Shown here: piece by piece, positions 30,216-41,053 of the stretch | Layout: each line of letters starts with the position of its first letter | Position numbering within the stretch: position 1 is the stretch's first letter | Assembly (NCBI GenBank): GCA_964641455.1 | Contig: CAZXLH010000002.1 | Location: forward strand, 50,774 to 114,773 | DNA from: an uncultured Eubacteriales bacterium | GTDB taxonomy: Bacteria; Bacillota; Sulfobacillia; Fermentithermobacillales; Fermentithermobacillaceae | Length of the DNA stretch: 64,000 nt | Direction: 5' to 3' | The notes under the pieces: model-generated | The model's input: only the letters and a program-made list of their open reading frames with translations | Told to the model about the DNA's origin: nothing | Database searches by the model: none | Position numbers and translations under genes: made by a program

Positions 30216-32912
30216 TTAGTTATCATCCTGTTTCTCTTGCACCTCTTGTTTAAAGGTATGCAGTATTTCCAATGCTTGAAAAGGGGTTATGTGGTTAATG
30301 TCCAAAGATTTGATGTGAGATATGATTGCCTTGTAATTCTCAGGCATAGGTTCGTAAGGCTCTTGGTTGGCAATACCGAGCAAAAGCGGTTGGCCTTCTG
30401 GCGTAGGCAGAGTACCGGTACTTCTCGCTGCCACCTGCCCTAATATCCCCTTTTTGGATCCGCCTTTGCGGGCTTCTGTTTCAAGGCCGTGGAGAATTTC
30501 CCTGGCCCTGGCGATAACATCAGCCGGCAACCCTGCCATCCGCGCTACATCAATTCCGAAACTTCCTTGTGCAACCCCTTTGACAACTTTTCTTAGAAAT
30601 ATAATATCATCGCCTGATTTCTTGACTGTTACATTGTAATTAGCTATTCCGGGCCTTAAGTCGGAAAGCAGCGTAAGTTCACGGTAATGAGTGGCTACCA
30701 ATCCTTTGGCTCCCACAGTCTTTTGGTCTGCCAAATACTCTACAACCGCCCACGCAACAGAGAGGCCGTCAAAAGTGCTTGTCCCTCTGCCTATTTCATC
30801 GAGTATTACAAGGCTGTTTGATGTGGCGCCTTTAAGAATTCTTGATACTTCGTTCATTTCTACCATAAAAGTGGATTGCCCCAACACCAAGTCGTCATAT
30901 GCCCCTACCCGGGCAAAAATTCTGTCTACACATGCTATTGTGCAGGATTTACAGGGCACAAACGAACCCATTTGAGCCATAAGTACTATAAGAGCCGTTT
31001 GACGGCAATACGTCGATTTGCCGCCCATATTGGGCCCTGTGATTATCAAGATGCTTTGCTTTTGATCCAGGGCCAGATCATTGGGAACGAATTCACCTGG
31101 CGCAAGCACTCTTTCAAGCACCGGATGCCGTCCTTCTTTTATAATAATAGGCCCTTTTTCAGTTACTTCAGGTTTGACATACCCGTATAGGCCGGCTACT
31201 TCAGCCAGGCTACAGTAGACATCCAGTTGAGCTATTGCAATGGCCGTGTTTTGAAGCCTTCTTATGTGAGCTTCTATAACGTCACGCTGCTTGCAGAAAA
31301 GCCTGTATTCTTCCTTAAACAGTTTCTCTTCAGCGCCAAGAATAGCTGTTTCTTTCTCCTTGAGTTCAGGGGTAATAAACCTTTCAGCCGAGACGAGAGT
31401 TTGCTTTCTTATGTAATCGTCTGGCACAAGGTCCAGATTTGCTTTGGTCACTTCCAGGTAGTACCCGAAAACTTTGTTGTATCCTACTCGGAGAGATTTA
31501 ATGCCGGTTCTTTTTCGCTCTTTTGCTTCTAATTCAATGAGCCATCTCTTGCCACCTGCTGACAGGTCTCTTAGTTCATCAATTTGTTTGCTGTATCCGG
31601 GCCGTATTAACCCTCCTTCAGTTACAGAGAGCGGTGGGTTGTCAACTATGGCTTCTCTTACGGCAGATATTATCTCGGGTATTTCATCTAAATTTTGCCT
31701 TATTTGCTTGAGTAATTCAGGGCAGTCACCGGATATTTGTTCTTTGAGTAAAGGCACTTTTTCCAAGGAAGAGGCAATTGCTACCAAATCCCTGGCGTTG
31801 CACGTCTTGTAAGTTATTTTGGTTACTAACCTTTCAAGGTCTCTTATCCCTGTAAGGGTGTTTCGCAGGTTGCTTCTTAAAGCGAAACTGCTGTGAATTT
31901 CCTCTACGGCATCGAGCCTTTTACGTATCATAGACGGATCTCTCAACGGACGTTGTATCCATTTCTTCAGAAGCCGTGAACCCATTGATGTGCAACATTC
32001 ATCTAAAACCCAAGCGAGAGAACCATAAAATTCGCCTTGAAGCCTTTGAGTAAGCTCAAGATTCCTTCTTGTTGAGTGGTCAAGTTCAACAAAAGCATCT
32101 TTAAGATAAAGGCTGGGCTTTTTTAAGTGGCTTAGTTTAACCATTTGAGTGTCTTCTAAGTATGACAAAAGGCCTGAAAGCGCCTTGTATGCTGCATCAG
32201 GCAGGCCCTGTAGGTCCCACTGGCTTAGGAATAATGTCCGGTAACTGTCAATATCGTAATCTGAGTCTTCCCGAAAACTGGTGTAAACGCCAGGTAAGTT
32301 TTTCACCACGGCCCTTAAGAGGCTTGTCCCTTTGAGGCTCTTAGGAAACACACATTCTTTCGGCAAAAGGCGGGAAATCTCATCTACCACATTGCCTTGA
32401 ACCTGGCTTTGGCCAGCACCAAGCACATCTTGTTCAAACCAGGCCAGCAATACTTCGCCTGTTGACAAATCACATGAGCATAAGCCTACAGCATAAGTTG
32501 CCTCTGTGTTATCATGGCCGGCGTAAATTGCAGTCATGTAGTTTGCTGCTGCATCCTCTGCGCCTTCCCAATATGTACCTGGGGTTATTACCCTAACAAC
32601 GTCGCGTTTAACCAACCCTTTTGCCTTTGCAGGGTCCTCGACTTGTTCGCATATGGCAACTTTGTAACCTTTTGATATTAATGTTCTTATATAGTCATCT
32701 GCTGAATGATGAGGCACTCCGCACATGGGAACCTTCTTTGTTCTTCTTGAACCACGGCTCGTAAGCGTGATGCCGAGTTCTCGCGAGCCTATCTCAGCGT
32801 CTTCAAAGAACATTTCATAAAAATCGCCTAGCCTAAAGAAAAGCAAGCAACCTTCATATTTAGCCTTCAAAGATTTATATTGACTCATCATTGGAGTTGT
32901 GTTTTTTGACAA
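30216..32912 (-). CDS. mutS: DNA mismatch repair protein MutS.
   Basis: The protein is 898 aa, starts TPMMSQY, has the Walker A motif GPNMGGKST, and carries a helix-turn-helix domain V. Confidence 0.9.
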   Translation of the reverse strand: MSKNTTPMMSQYKSLKAKYEGCLLFFRLGDFYEMFFEDAEIGSRELGITLTSRGSRRTKKVPMCGVPHHSADDYIRTLISKGYKVAICEQVEDPAKAKGLVKRDVVRVITPGTYWEGAEDAAANYMTAIYAGHDNTEATYAVGLCSCDLSTGEVLLAWFEQDVLGAGQSQVQGNVVDEISRLLPKECVFPKSLKGTSLLRAVVKNLPGVYTSFREDSDYDIDSYRTLFLSQWDLQGLPDAAYKALSGLLSYLEDTQMVKLSHLKKPSLYLKDAFVELDHSTRRNLELTQRLQGEFYGSLAWVLDECCTSMGSRLLKKWIQRPLRDPSMIRKRLDAVEEIHSSFALRSNLRNTLTGIRDLERLVTKITYKTCNARDLVAIASSLEKVPLLKEQISGDCPELLKQIRQNLDEIPEIISAVREAIVDNPPLSVTEGGLIRPGYSKQIDELRDLSAGGKRWLIELEAKERKRTGIKSLRVGYNKVFGYYLEVTKANLDLVPDDYIRKQTLVSAERFITPELKEKETAILGAEEKLFKEEYRLFCKQRDVIEAHIRRLQNTAIAIAQLDVYCSLAEVAGLYGYVKPEVTEKGPIIIKEGRHPVLERVLAPGEFVPNDLALDQKQSILIITGPNMGGKSTYCRQTALIVLMAQMGSFVPCKSCTIACVDRIFARVGAYDDLVLGQSTFMVEMNEVSRILKGATSNSLVILDEIGRGTSTFDGLSVAWAVVEYLADQKTVGAKGLVATHYRELTLLSDLRPGIANYNVTVKKSGDDIIFLRKVVKGVAQGSFGIDVARMAGLPADVIARAREILHGLETEARKGGSKKGILGQVAARSTGTLPTPEGQPLLLGIANQEPYEPMPENYKAIISHIKSLDINHITPFQALEILHTFKQEVQEKQDDN

Positions 32913-32954
32913 GACATTGGCCCTCCGGTTATCTTTCGATCTTAATTCAGGTAC

Positions 32955-34331
32955 TTACAGGTTTTCACATAGGGGGCCCTTTAGGTACCATGTACCTGTT
33001 TCTTCAATTTTCACATTTACCAGGTCTCCGGTCTGTGGCTTACGAGATGTGCAAACCACAAGTTTATTGGTACGGGTTCGTCCACGCATATATTGAGAAT
33101 GTTTCAGATCAGGCCCTTCAACCAGAATTTCTTGGACGGTTCCTAAAAGAGGCGCGTTGATGCTTTTGGTAATCTCATTTTGAATTTCTACAAGGTGTTG
33201 GAGCCGCTGTGATTTGACATTTCGAGGGATGTGATTGCCCATCTTGGCGGCAGCGGTGCCGGTTCTTGGCGAAAAAACAAAAGTAAACGCACCATCAAAC
33301 CTTACACGCTTTATAAGATTAACAGTATCCTCAAAATCTTCATCAGTTTCTCCCGGAAAACCCACTATGATATCAGTTGTAATGGAAGCTCCGGGAATTT
33401 GCTCTTTAATATAATCTACCAGTTCAAGGTACTCATCGCTGGAATACCCTCTGTGCATCTGTTTTAGTATTCTATCGCTTCCTGACTGAAGGGGAAGGTG
33501 AAAATGTTCGCAAACGTGCTTGGATTGTCTTATTGAATCTACCATATTCCTGGAAAAATCCCTTGGATGGGATGTAAAGTATCTTATTCTGCACGTTCCC
33601 GGCATTCGATCAAGGTCTTGCAGCAGTTCTGCAAATCCATATCCTTTATTAAGGTCCATTCCGTAAGCGTTGACGTTTTGCCCCAAAAGCGTGATTTCTG
33701 CGTAACCCTGGCTAATAAGTTGACTAACTTCGTCTAATATGAATTCAGGCTCACGGGATACCTGCGGCCCCCTAACAAAAGGAACTATGCAATAAGTGCA
33801 AAAGTTGTCACACCCATACATTATGGTGACATATGCGCTTACTCCCGGAACTTTGCATTTGGGCAAGCATTCCGGGAGCATTTGCGTAGCCTTGCTTCGA
33901 TGTGCTTCTACTCTTCCGGGAGAAATAGCAGTAAGCAATTTCTCAGACTGGTTATCCATAATTTTATCTATAAGTTCAGGAATCTTATCTATATGTCCGG
34001 GCCCTGCTGCAATTTGTACATACGGAACCCGCTGTTTGATTCTTTCTATTGTTTGTGGCAGTTGAGCCATGCACCCTGACAGTACTATGACAGGGGGTTT
34101 GCTGCTTTTGGTTGAAGCAGCAAGTCTTCCCAGCCAACTCCACACCTTATCTTCAGCAGACTTTCTGACTGCACATGTGTTTACCACAACAACATCGGCT
34201 TCCTTGGCAGTTTGAGCTAAACGAAACCCTCTTTTCTGAAGAAGCCCTTCTATTGTTTGTGAATCTCTTTCATTCATTTGGCAGCCAAAGGTCTCTATGA
34301 AATAGGTAACCTCAGTATTATTCATATTCAC
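32955..34331 (-). CDS. miaB: tRNA-i6A37 methylthiotransferase MiaB.
   Basis: The translation contains ETFGCQMNERDS and the radical-SAM motif CxxxCxxC (CDNFCTYC), plus a TRAM domain. Confidence 0.85.
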   Translation of the reverse strand: MNMNNTEVTYFIETFGCQMNERDSQTIEGLLQKRGFRLAQTAKEADVVVVNTCAVRKSAEDKVWSWLGRLAASTKSSKPPVIVLSGCMAQLPQTIERIKQRVPYVQIAAGPGHIDKIPELIDKIMDNQSEKLLTAISPGRVEAHRSKATQMLPECLPKCKVPGVSAYVTIMYGCDNFCTYCIVPFVRGPQVSREPEFILDEVSQLISQGYAEITLLGQNVNAYGMDLNKGYGFAELLQDLDRMPGTCRIRYFTSHPRDFSRNMVDSIRQSKHVCEHFHLPLQSGSDRILKQMHRGYSSDEYLELVDYIKEQIPGASITTDIIVGFPGETDEDFEDTVNLIKRVRFDGAFTFVFSPRTGTAAAKMGNHIPRNVKSQRLQHLVEIQNEITKSINAPLLGTVQEILVEGPDLKHSQYMRGRTRTNKLVVCTSRKPQTGDLVNVKIEETGTWYLKGPLCENL

Positions 34332-34450
34332 TTTATATGCACCCCGGAAGCCTTTGTTAAAGTTCTTAACCTTGCGATTATAATGCTGTCTACCCTATTA
34401 TAAGAGTGTCTGGGCAAGGGCACAAACTTTAGCCGCAAGTGACAGCAACC

Positions 34451-35659
34451 TTATTCAATATCCATCTGTTCAATGTTGGTTGCGCATTCTTCAGTTAGTT
34501 TCTCAATATCCAGATGTTTTTCCGCTTTGACTGTTTCATTAAGGCGGGGCTTGGTTACAGGATGTTTAGGCACGAATACCGAGCAGCAATCTTCGTAAGG
34601 CAAACAAGAGATATCGTACGTGCCAATTTCTTCTGCCATTTGAATGGTTTCTATCTTGTCGAAGCAAATAAGCGGCCTTAATACCGGAAACCCGGCTGCT
34701 TCTTCAATTACCTGTAAACTTTGCAAAGTCTGGCTTGCGACTTGCCCCAAACTTTCACCTGTGAATATAGCCATTCCACCCAGTTTGCGACAAACTTCTG
34801 AAGCCACTCTCATCATCATGCGCCTCATAATGGTTACCCGGTATTTTTCCGGGCATTTTTCCATAATCTCAGTCTGGATTTTGGTAAACGGAGCGATAAA
34901 CAGCCTCAGCCTTGGGTTATACTGTCTCAGCACACGGCATATATCGACTACCTTATCCCTTGCTCGTTCCCCGGTTATAGGGTAACTCCAGAAATGGAGG
35001 GCATCAATGGCCACTCCCCGCTTCATAGCCATGTAACCGGCTACCGGGCTGTCTATTCCTCCTGAAATAAGCAGTATGCCTTTACCTGATGAACCTACCG
35101 GCAAGCCACCTGGGCCTCTTTTTTGATTCCAATATACATAGGTGCCTTGCTTGCGAATTTCAATTGCCAAATGAATATCAGGATTGTGCACATCTACTGT
35201 CAGCCCAGGTACATTTCGAAGGATTGCAGCCCCTATTTCTTGGTTAACTTCAGGCGATTTAAGTGGGAAACTCTTGTCGGCACGTCTTGTATCTACCTTG
35301 AAAGTGACTGCTTCTGACAAAGATTGGCTTTGCGAAAAAGCTATTTGCTCAATTGCTTGTTTGATGGCCAATATGGCTGTTTGCTTTATCTTGCTCAAAT
35401 CATTCTCTACGGCAAAAGCGGGGTTAACCGCTACAATACCAGGCACCCGGGAAAGTTTGTCTAGATAGGCTTCTTCTTCGTCTGCTTCAATTCCGGAAAC
35501 GTAAAACCTTCCGTAAGACTTGGATATTTGCGCGCCGGTATGGTTATGTGTATTGACAATTGCCTGCTTAATATTTCGTTGCAGGATATCTTCAAATTGC
35601 CGCCGGTTTTGCCCTTTGAGGCCTATTTCGCCATATCGGATTAAGAAGAGTTTCTTCAT
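34451..35659 (-). CDS. thiI: tRNA 4-thiouridine synthase ThiI.
   Basis: A THUMP domain precedes the PP-loop motif SGGIDSPVA. Confidence 0.8.
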   Translation of the reverse strand: MKKLFLIRYGEIGLKGQNRRQFEDILQRNIKQAIVNTHNHTGAQISKSYGRFYVSGIEADEEEAYLDKLSRVPGIVAVNPAFAVENDLSKIKQTAILAIKQAIEQIAFSQSQSLSEAVTFKVDTRRADKSFPLKSPEVNQEIGAAILRNVPGLTVDVHNPDIHLAIEIRKQGTYVYWNQKRGPGGLPVGSSGKGILLISGGIDSPVAGYMAMKRGVAIDALHFWSYPITGERARDKVVDICRVLRQYNPRLRLFIAPFTKIQTEIMEKCPEKYRVTIMRRMMMRVASEVCRKLGGMAIFTGESLGQVASQTLQSLQVIEEAAGFPVLRPLICFDKIETIQMAEEIGTYDISCLPYEDCCSVFVPKHPVTKPRLNETVKAEKHLDIEKLTEECATNIEQMDIE

Positions 35660-35714
35660 CTTTTTTGTGCTCCTTCAGCTGTATGTTGTTTTCAGGTTCA
35701 AGTTTTTCGTGCTG

Positions 35715-36935
35715 TTAAATCCTCTTCTGGCGCCAAGGCCCAAGTTCCTTCAAGGAATCTTCCAGGGCTGATACTGTGGCTTCTACGTCAGCGGCAGTAG
35801 TGAAGAGTGACATTGAAAACCTAATCGCTGATAAGGCTTCCTCTTCGCTTCTCCCCAGGGCGAGAATTACCGGGCTTGGTTTGGCTCTGTGAGAAGAACA
35901 TGCAGATCCTGTAGAAACAAACACATTTCGCTTTTCCAAGGCGTGCAAAATGGTTTCTCCCCGAAAACCCGGAAATGAGAAATTGGCAATATGAGGGGCT
36001 GCGCCTTGCTGTTCTGGCCCATGAAGTATTGCATCTGGCACTGCATCCGTAATTCCTGAAATGAGCCGGTTTCTAAGGCCAAGGAGGTTTTCTCTAAACT
36101 TATCTGCGTTGTTTAACCATATGTCACACGCTATGCCAAAACCTGCAATCCCGGGTACATTTTCCGTGCCTGATCGAAAGCCCTGTTCCTGTCCGCCGCC
36201 AAAAATCAAGGGGTGCATGGGGATCCCTTTACGAACATACAGTGCTCCTACGCCCTTAGGCCCGTGAATTTTATGGGAACTGATACTTAGCAGATCTACG
36301 CCCCACTTTTTAACGTCTATTTCAAGCCTTGCAAAGCCTTGGACTGCATCCACATGGAACCTAGGCCGTTTTGGCCCTAAACTGGATAACATGGTTCCAA
36401 TTTCTGAGCAAGGCTCGACAGCGCCAATTTCATTTTGAACAAGCATAATCGATACTAAGCATGTATCTTCCCTTACACAGGAGATAACTTCATCCGGATC
36501 TACTTTCCCTTCTTCATTAACCTCGACAATGGTTACTTCATAACCCATTTCCTTAAGATATTCTACTGTAGCCATAATTGACGGATGTTCCACAGAAGAA
36601 GTAATTACGTGCCTGTACTTGGGGCCTGCCGACCTTAAGCTTCCGAATATGGCCCAATTGTTGGCCTCAGTGCCTCCTGAAGTAAAGAAAATTTCATTTT
36701 CATTTGCCCCAATTAAGGATGCAACGGAACTTCTGGCCTTTCTTAGCAGTTTTTCTGATTGAGATCCCAGCCTGTGAAGTGATGATGGGTTTCCAAACTC
36801 GTCTTCCAGTACACCGGACATAACTTCTGCCACCTGGGGAAACGGCCTTGTTGTTGAAGAATTGTCCATATAAATAATTCCCGGAACATTTTGGAATTTG
36901 ACAGTCAATCTTATACCTCCATTAACTAGTGCCAT
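35715..36935 (-). CDS. Cysteine desulfurase (NifS/NifZ/IscS family), the likely partner of ThiI.
   Basis: The class-V aminotransferase carries the motifs SSHKIHGPKG and SACSS. The true start may be the internal MDNSSTT at 36869; no RBS is visible at either candidate start. Confidence 0.75.
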   Translation of the reverse strand: MALVNGGIRLTVKFQNVPGIIYMDNSSTTRPFPQVAEVMSGVLEDEFGNPSSLHRLGSQSEKLLRKARSSVASLIGANENEIFFTSGGTEANNWAIFGSLRSAGPKYRHVITSSVEHPSIMATVEYLKEMGYEVTIVEVNEEGKVDPDEVISCVREDTCLVSIMLVQNEIGAVEPCSEIGTMLSSLGPKRPRFHVDAVQGFARLEIDVKKWGVDLLSISSHKIHGPKGVGALYVRKGIPMHPLIFGGGQEQGFRSGTENVPGIAGFGIACDIWLNNADKFRENLLGLRNRLISGITDAVPDAILHGPEQQGAAPHIANFSFPGFRGETILHALEKRNVFVSTGSACSSHRAKPSPVILALGRSEEEALSAIRFSMSLFTTAADVEATVSALEDSLKELGPWRQKRI

Positions 36936-37096
36936 ACGGGCTTTCCATTTCTATATTATCCTTTTTGACGGCTATGTTCTCACCTGAATACAGGTATTTG
37001 GCATATAGGCGGGAACTTTTGCCGGGCTGCAAACATATGTACAATAAGATTACAAAGATCATAGCAAACTAAACTCTTTTACTTGGAGTGTATACA

Positions 37097-37843
37097 TTGA
37101 GTAAGAAAATTGACAGGCATCTGTTTGGGCTTGCTGGAAAAGCGATTTCAGATTATCAACTTATACAGCCAGGTGACCGTATACTTATCGGAGTTTCAGG
37201 TGGCAAAGACAGCTTGTTTATGGCATGGATTCTTTCTGATATCAAGAAACGCTCTCCTGTGAAATTTTCTCTCGAGGCGGCAACAATCACTTTGGGAGAG
37301 CCCTGGCAGTTCAGTGAAAAAGATATCAGCCGTGTCGGCCAATTTCTGGCCGGATTGGGTATACCTTACCATGTTGTTCCCTCCAATATTGCGAGGGTAG
37401 TAACCGGTTATGAGACGCGAAAGACACCCTGCTCGTTATGTGCCAATTTACGTAGGGGTTATCTGCACAGATTTGCCAATGAACTGGGGATCAGAAAGGT
37501 AGCTTTGGCCCACCACATTGATGATGCTATAGAAACTCTTCTTATGAACATGTTTTATCAGGGCGGGTTACGGTGTTTCAAACCAAAGACTTACCTGTCA
37601 CGCCGTCAAATAGAGGTCATAAGGCCGTTGGTGTATTTGGAAGAACATAAAATAGCCGAAACAGCAACAAATTTAGGTTTTCCTGTGATTTCCTCAACAT
37701 GTGGCTTTTCAGGGACTACCAGCCGTCAGTTTATGAAAGATCTAATTATCGAATTGAGTCAAGATATTCCCGGGCTCAGGCGTCAAATGCGGAATGTGCT
37801 GCAGTCAATTTGGCTAAGGCCCAGCCCAAAACACAGATACTAG
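37097..37843 (+). CDS. PP-loop ATPase of the TtcA family (tRNA 2-thiocytidine synthetase-like).
   Basis: The translation contains SGGKDS and CSLCANLRRG. The start was taken at the TTG after GGAGTG. Confidence 0.6.
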   Translation: MSKKIDRHLFGLAGKAISDYQLIQPGDRILIGVSGGKDSLFMAWILSDIKKRSPVKFSLEAATITLGEPWQFSEKDISRVGQFLAGLGIPYHVVPSNIARVVTGYETRKTPCSLCANLRRGYLHRFANELGIRKVALAHHIDDAIETLLMNMFYQGGLRCFKPKTYLSRRQIEVIRPLVYLEEHKIAETATNLGFPVISSTCGFSGTTSRQFMKDLIIELSQDIPGLRRQMRNVLQSIWLRPSPKHRY

Positions 37844-38427
37844 TGATGCAGCAGCCTTGACAAACCTTTGTGCCCTTTTTTTCTGTCTTTTCGGGATGAA
37901 GCCATAATTAAGGCATATTTCAAATCTCTTACTTCTATTATGAGACGTTCAATTACCTGGGTGAGCCGTTGAATCTGCTCTCTTTCCGAGACAGTGTTGG
38001 TGCAAATTTCCCGCCTAAGGTCGAGTATCATATCTTGTACAGATAGTGCCGTATCCCGGTTATTACCTTGCACTATTGTGTCTAAGCAACCTAGCCAAGA
38101 GTGATTGTGAGTTTCGGATACGTTTGTCATTTCCTGTGAAACTGCAATGGTTGCTGAAGGTGCTACTTGCTCTTGTATACGGCTAAGCACTATGTCCGGC
38201 CATCCGGATTGGCTCTTTGAACTTACAAGGGCCTCCCTTATTTCATCGTCAGACATACCTTGTTCTTGCATTGTAGCAATCATAGATATTGCTCCCAAGG
38301 AACTTCTCGGAACCTTATTGGATGGAGTTACGCCTAACAGATGTCCGAATTTCTTGCTTATATCTTTCATGGTAGATTTGGATAACCCCAGGCTGTTACC
38401 TACATCAGACCAAAAAACTTCAGCCAT
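37840..38427 (-). CDS. Uncharacterised protein with a possible N-terminal HTH.
   Basis: A GGGGGAAG RBS is followed by an ATG. The N-terminus reads LGLSKSTMKDISKKFG and the C-terminal region is coiled-coil-like. Confidence 0.5.
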   Translation of the reverse strand: MAEVFWSDVGNSLGLSKSTMKDISKKFGHLLGVTPSNKVPRSSLGAISMIATMQEQGMSDDEIREALVSSKSQSGWPDIVLSRIQEQVAPSATIAVSQEMTNVSETHNHSWLGCLDTIVQGNNRDTALSVQDMILDLRREICTNTVSEREQIQRLTQVIERLIIEVRDLKYALIMASSRKDRKKGHKGLSRLLHH

Positions 38428-38628
38428 TTTGCTTCCCCCAACTTAGATTGGCATTGTACCGATTGTTTTTCATACGTATAATACCATACTATCCAGGAGT
38501 TGGCACTAAGCCAGGGCTACAACTATCTGCTTTTGCCACATTGTTTACGCTTAAACACCAAGTATGTTAGACTTATCGGTGGTGGTTACCCTTTATGTAA
38601 TTTTTGCTGGAGGAAGGTGCAGTTACAA

Positions 38629-40732
38629 TATGAGTAAGTTTACGTCTCTTATGCGTCCCCAATCCGTTGCTATTATAGGTGCTTCAAAGACACCTGGCAA
38701 GATTGGCAACGCAGTTGTCGAAAACATGAAGTCCTCAGGATTCAAAGGTGAGATTTACCCCATTAACCCGAAAGAAGCTGAAATAGCAGGTTTCAAGGCA
38801 TACCCTTCAATCACGGAAGTTCACAAACCAATCGACGTAGCAGTACTCTGTGTCCCGGCCAAGGTATCAGTACCTGTCGCTGAGGAATGCGGCCAGGCCG
38901 GAGTTAAGCACATGATAGTGATTACAGCAGGGTTTAAAGAGGTTGGAGCAGAAGGCCGTGCACTTGAAGATAAACTTGTTGAAATTGCCAAGAAGTACGA
39001 TATGACCATAGTGGGGCCTAACTGCCTTGGAGTCATGGACACTCACACCCCTTTCAATGCCACTTTTGCCAAAAACATGGCGCTCAAAGGGAACATAGCT
39101 TTCATTTCGCAAAGCGGTGCACTGTGTATCGCTATATTAGACTGGAGCCTCAAGACTGGGTTGGGCTTCAGCCAGTTTATTAGTTTTGGCAACAAGGCTG
39201 ACCTTAATGAGGCTGACTTTATTGAAATTGCAAGTAACGACCCGAACACCAAGGTTATCTGTTTGTATCTGGAAGACATAGTAGATGGGCCTAGATTTAT
39301 TGAAGCGGCAAGGGAAGCCACCAAACGAGTTCCTGTTATTGTACTTAAGTCAGGAGTCAGTGAAGCAGGCGCTAAGGCTGCGTCGTCTCATACAGGCGCT
39401 CTTGCAGGTTCAGATACTGCTTATGAAACTGCTTTCCGGCATGCCGGAGTGCTCAGGGCGTCAAACATGACCGAGTTGTTCGATTTGGCCAGTGCATTTA
39501 CAAGCCAGCCTATACCCAATGGCAAACGAATTGCAGTTATTACTAACTCCGGGGGCCCTGGGATTGTAGCAAGTGACTCAATAGAATTGGGCGGGCTTGA
39601 AATGGCAAGGTTCAGCGAAAAGACTTTGAACTCACTTAAAGAGACTATGCCATCGATGGCAAACATTCATAACCCAATAGACGTTATCGGAGATGCCCAC
39701 TACGACCGGTACGAAAATGCACTGGATGCAGCTCTTTCTGATCCAAATGTTGATGCAGCCACTGTTCTTCTCAGCCCGACTGCCGTTATAGAAGTTGACA
39801 AAGTTGCTGAGGTAATCGTGGAAAAAGGAAAGAAATATCCTGAGAAGCCGGTAGTAGCAGCATTTACAGGCGGTTATGCAGTAGAAAACGCTGTTTCGTA
39901 TCTCAGAGAACATGGTGTGCCTACCTATGCATTCCCCGAGCCCGGAGTGGCTACGCTCCGAGGAATGGCAAAGTTTGCAGAACTTAGAAAATCTATTCAG
40001 CAAGGTGAAGAATGGGCCTTTGACGATGTGGGCAAGGAGGAAGTTGCCAAGATTTTCGATAAAGTCCGCCAGGATGGGCGTGATCTCCTTCTGAGCCCTG
40101 AAGCGGCCAGAGTGGCTGAACTCTACAAGATTCCTGCAGCTCCTTCCCGGTTGGCGACCACAGAAGATGAAGCTGAAAAGTTTGCCGTAGAAATGGGTTT
40201 TCCGGTAGTCATGAAAATTGCTTCCCCTGATATTATGCACAAGACTGATATCGGCGGAGTCAAAATTGGACTTAAGTCCAAAGAAGAAGTAAGGGCTGCT
40301 TTTACTTCAATCATGGAGAACTCCAAAAAGGCAGCTCCTGATGCCAAAATTTACGGCGTAGAAGTTCAGAAAATGATGCCTAAGGGCGATGAGATCATAA
40401 TTGGCATGATTAAAGATCCGACCTTCGGGCCAATGGTTGCTTTTGGTTCAGGTGGAATCCTGGTTAACTTACTCCAAGATGCATCGTTTAGGTTAGCGTC
40501 AGGGCTCACCAAACATGAAATAGATGAAATGATTAAGGAAACCAAGGCATATACCATATTGAAAGGGTTTAGAGGTGCGGAGCCAGATGATATCCCGGCA
40601 ATTGCCGAAGCAGTTGCCAGAGTGGCTCAACTGTGCAGAGATTTCCCTGAGATATCTGAACTGGATATAAACCCGGTTTTTGCGTATCCTAAGGGACTGA
40701 GTGCACTTGATATCAAAATCAAGCTCTCATAA
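38629..40732 (+). CDS. ADP-forming acetate--CoA ligase, a fused alpha/beta NDP-forming acyl-CoA synthetase.
   Basis: The N-terminus carries a CoA-binding domain (VAIIGASKTPGKIGN) plus a succinyl-CoA-synthetase-like domain, and the C-terminus an ATP-grasp domain. A GGAGGAAGG RBS precedes the ATG at 38629. Confidence 0.8.
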
Positions 40733-40744
40733 CATTTGATAAAA

Positions 40745-40788
40745 AGGTAACCGGTGCACTAGGCTTCGAGCCTATGCCCCGGTTACCT
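40745..40788 (-). terminator. Nested hairpin (AGGTAACCGG ... CCGGTTACCT, with an inner AGGCT-TCG-AGCCT) whose U-tract lies on the minus strand.
   Basis: The structure was read directly from the sequence. The plus strand has AAAAA before the stem and no T-run after it. Confidence 0.35.
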
Positions 40789-40816
40789 GACAGTCACTCA
40801 TAAGGGAGGTTTGGGT

Positions 40817-41053
40817 GTGCGCACACAAACTACCGGTTCAAAATATATGTCTGAGTTTCATAAACACTTAAGATCCACGTATGAGGAAAAAGAAGACCAA
40901 ATCAAATTGTCTCAGAACCCTCCAATCGAACCCTATGATAGTTACAAGCGATCTAAGGCAAAACTGCGGAAACGCCGCCCGGAACTTGTCTTGGAGCCAA
41001 AGCCCTACAATGACGAAATCTGGGATCCTGATTTAACCTATATTCCTGAGTAA
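40817..41053 (+). CDS. Small charged hypothetical protein of about 78 aa.
   Basis: An AAGGGAGG RBS lies 7 nt before a GTG. The 3-prime end overlaps the convergent PHP gene by 16 bp. Confidence 0.35.
   Translation: MRTQTTGSKYMSEFHKHLRSTYEEKEDQIKLSQNPPIEPYDSYKRSKAKLRKRRPELVLEPKPYNDEIWDPDLTYIPE

Noticed and set aside
39632-40240. A 202-aa minus-strand ORF.
   Set aside because: It is antisense inside the acetyl-CoA synthetase gene and its composition is not protein-like.
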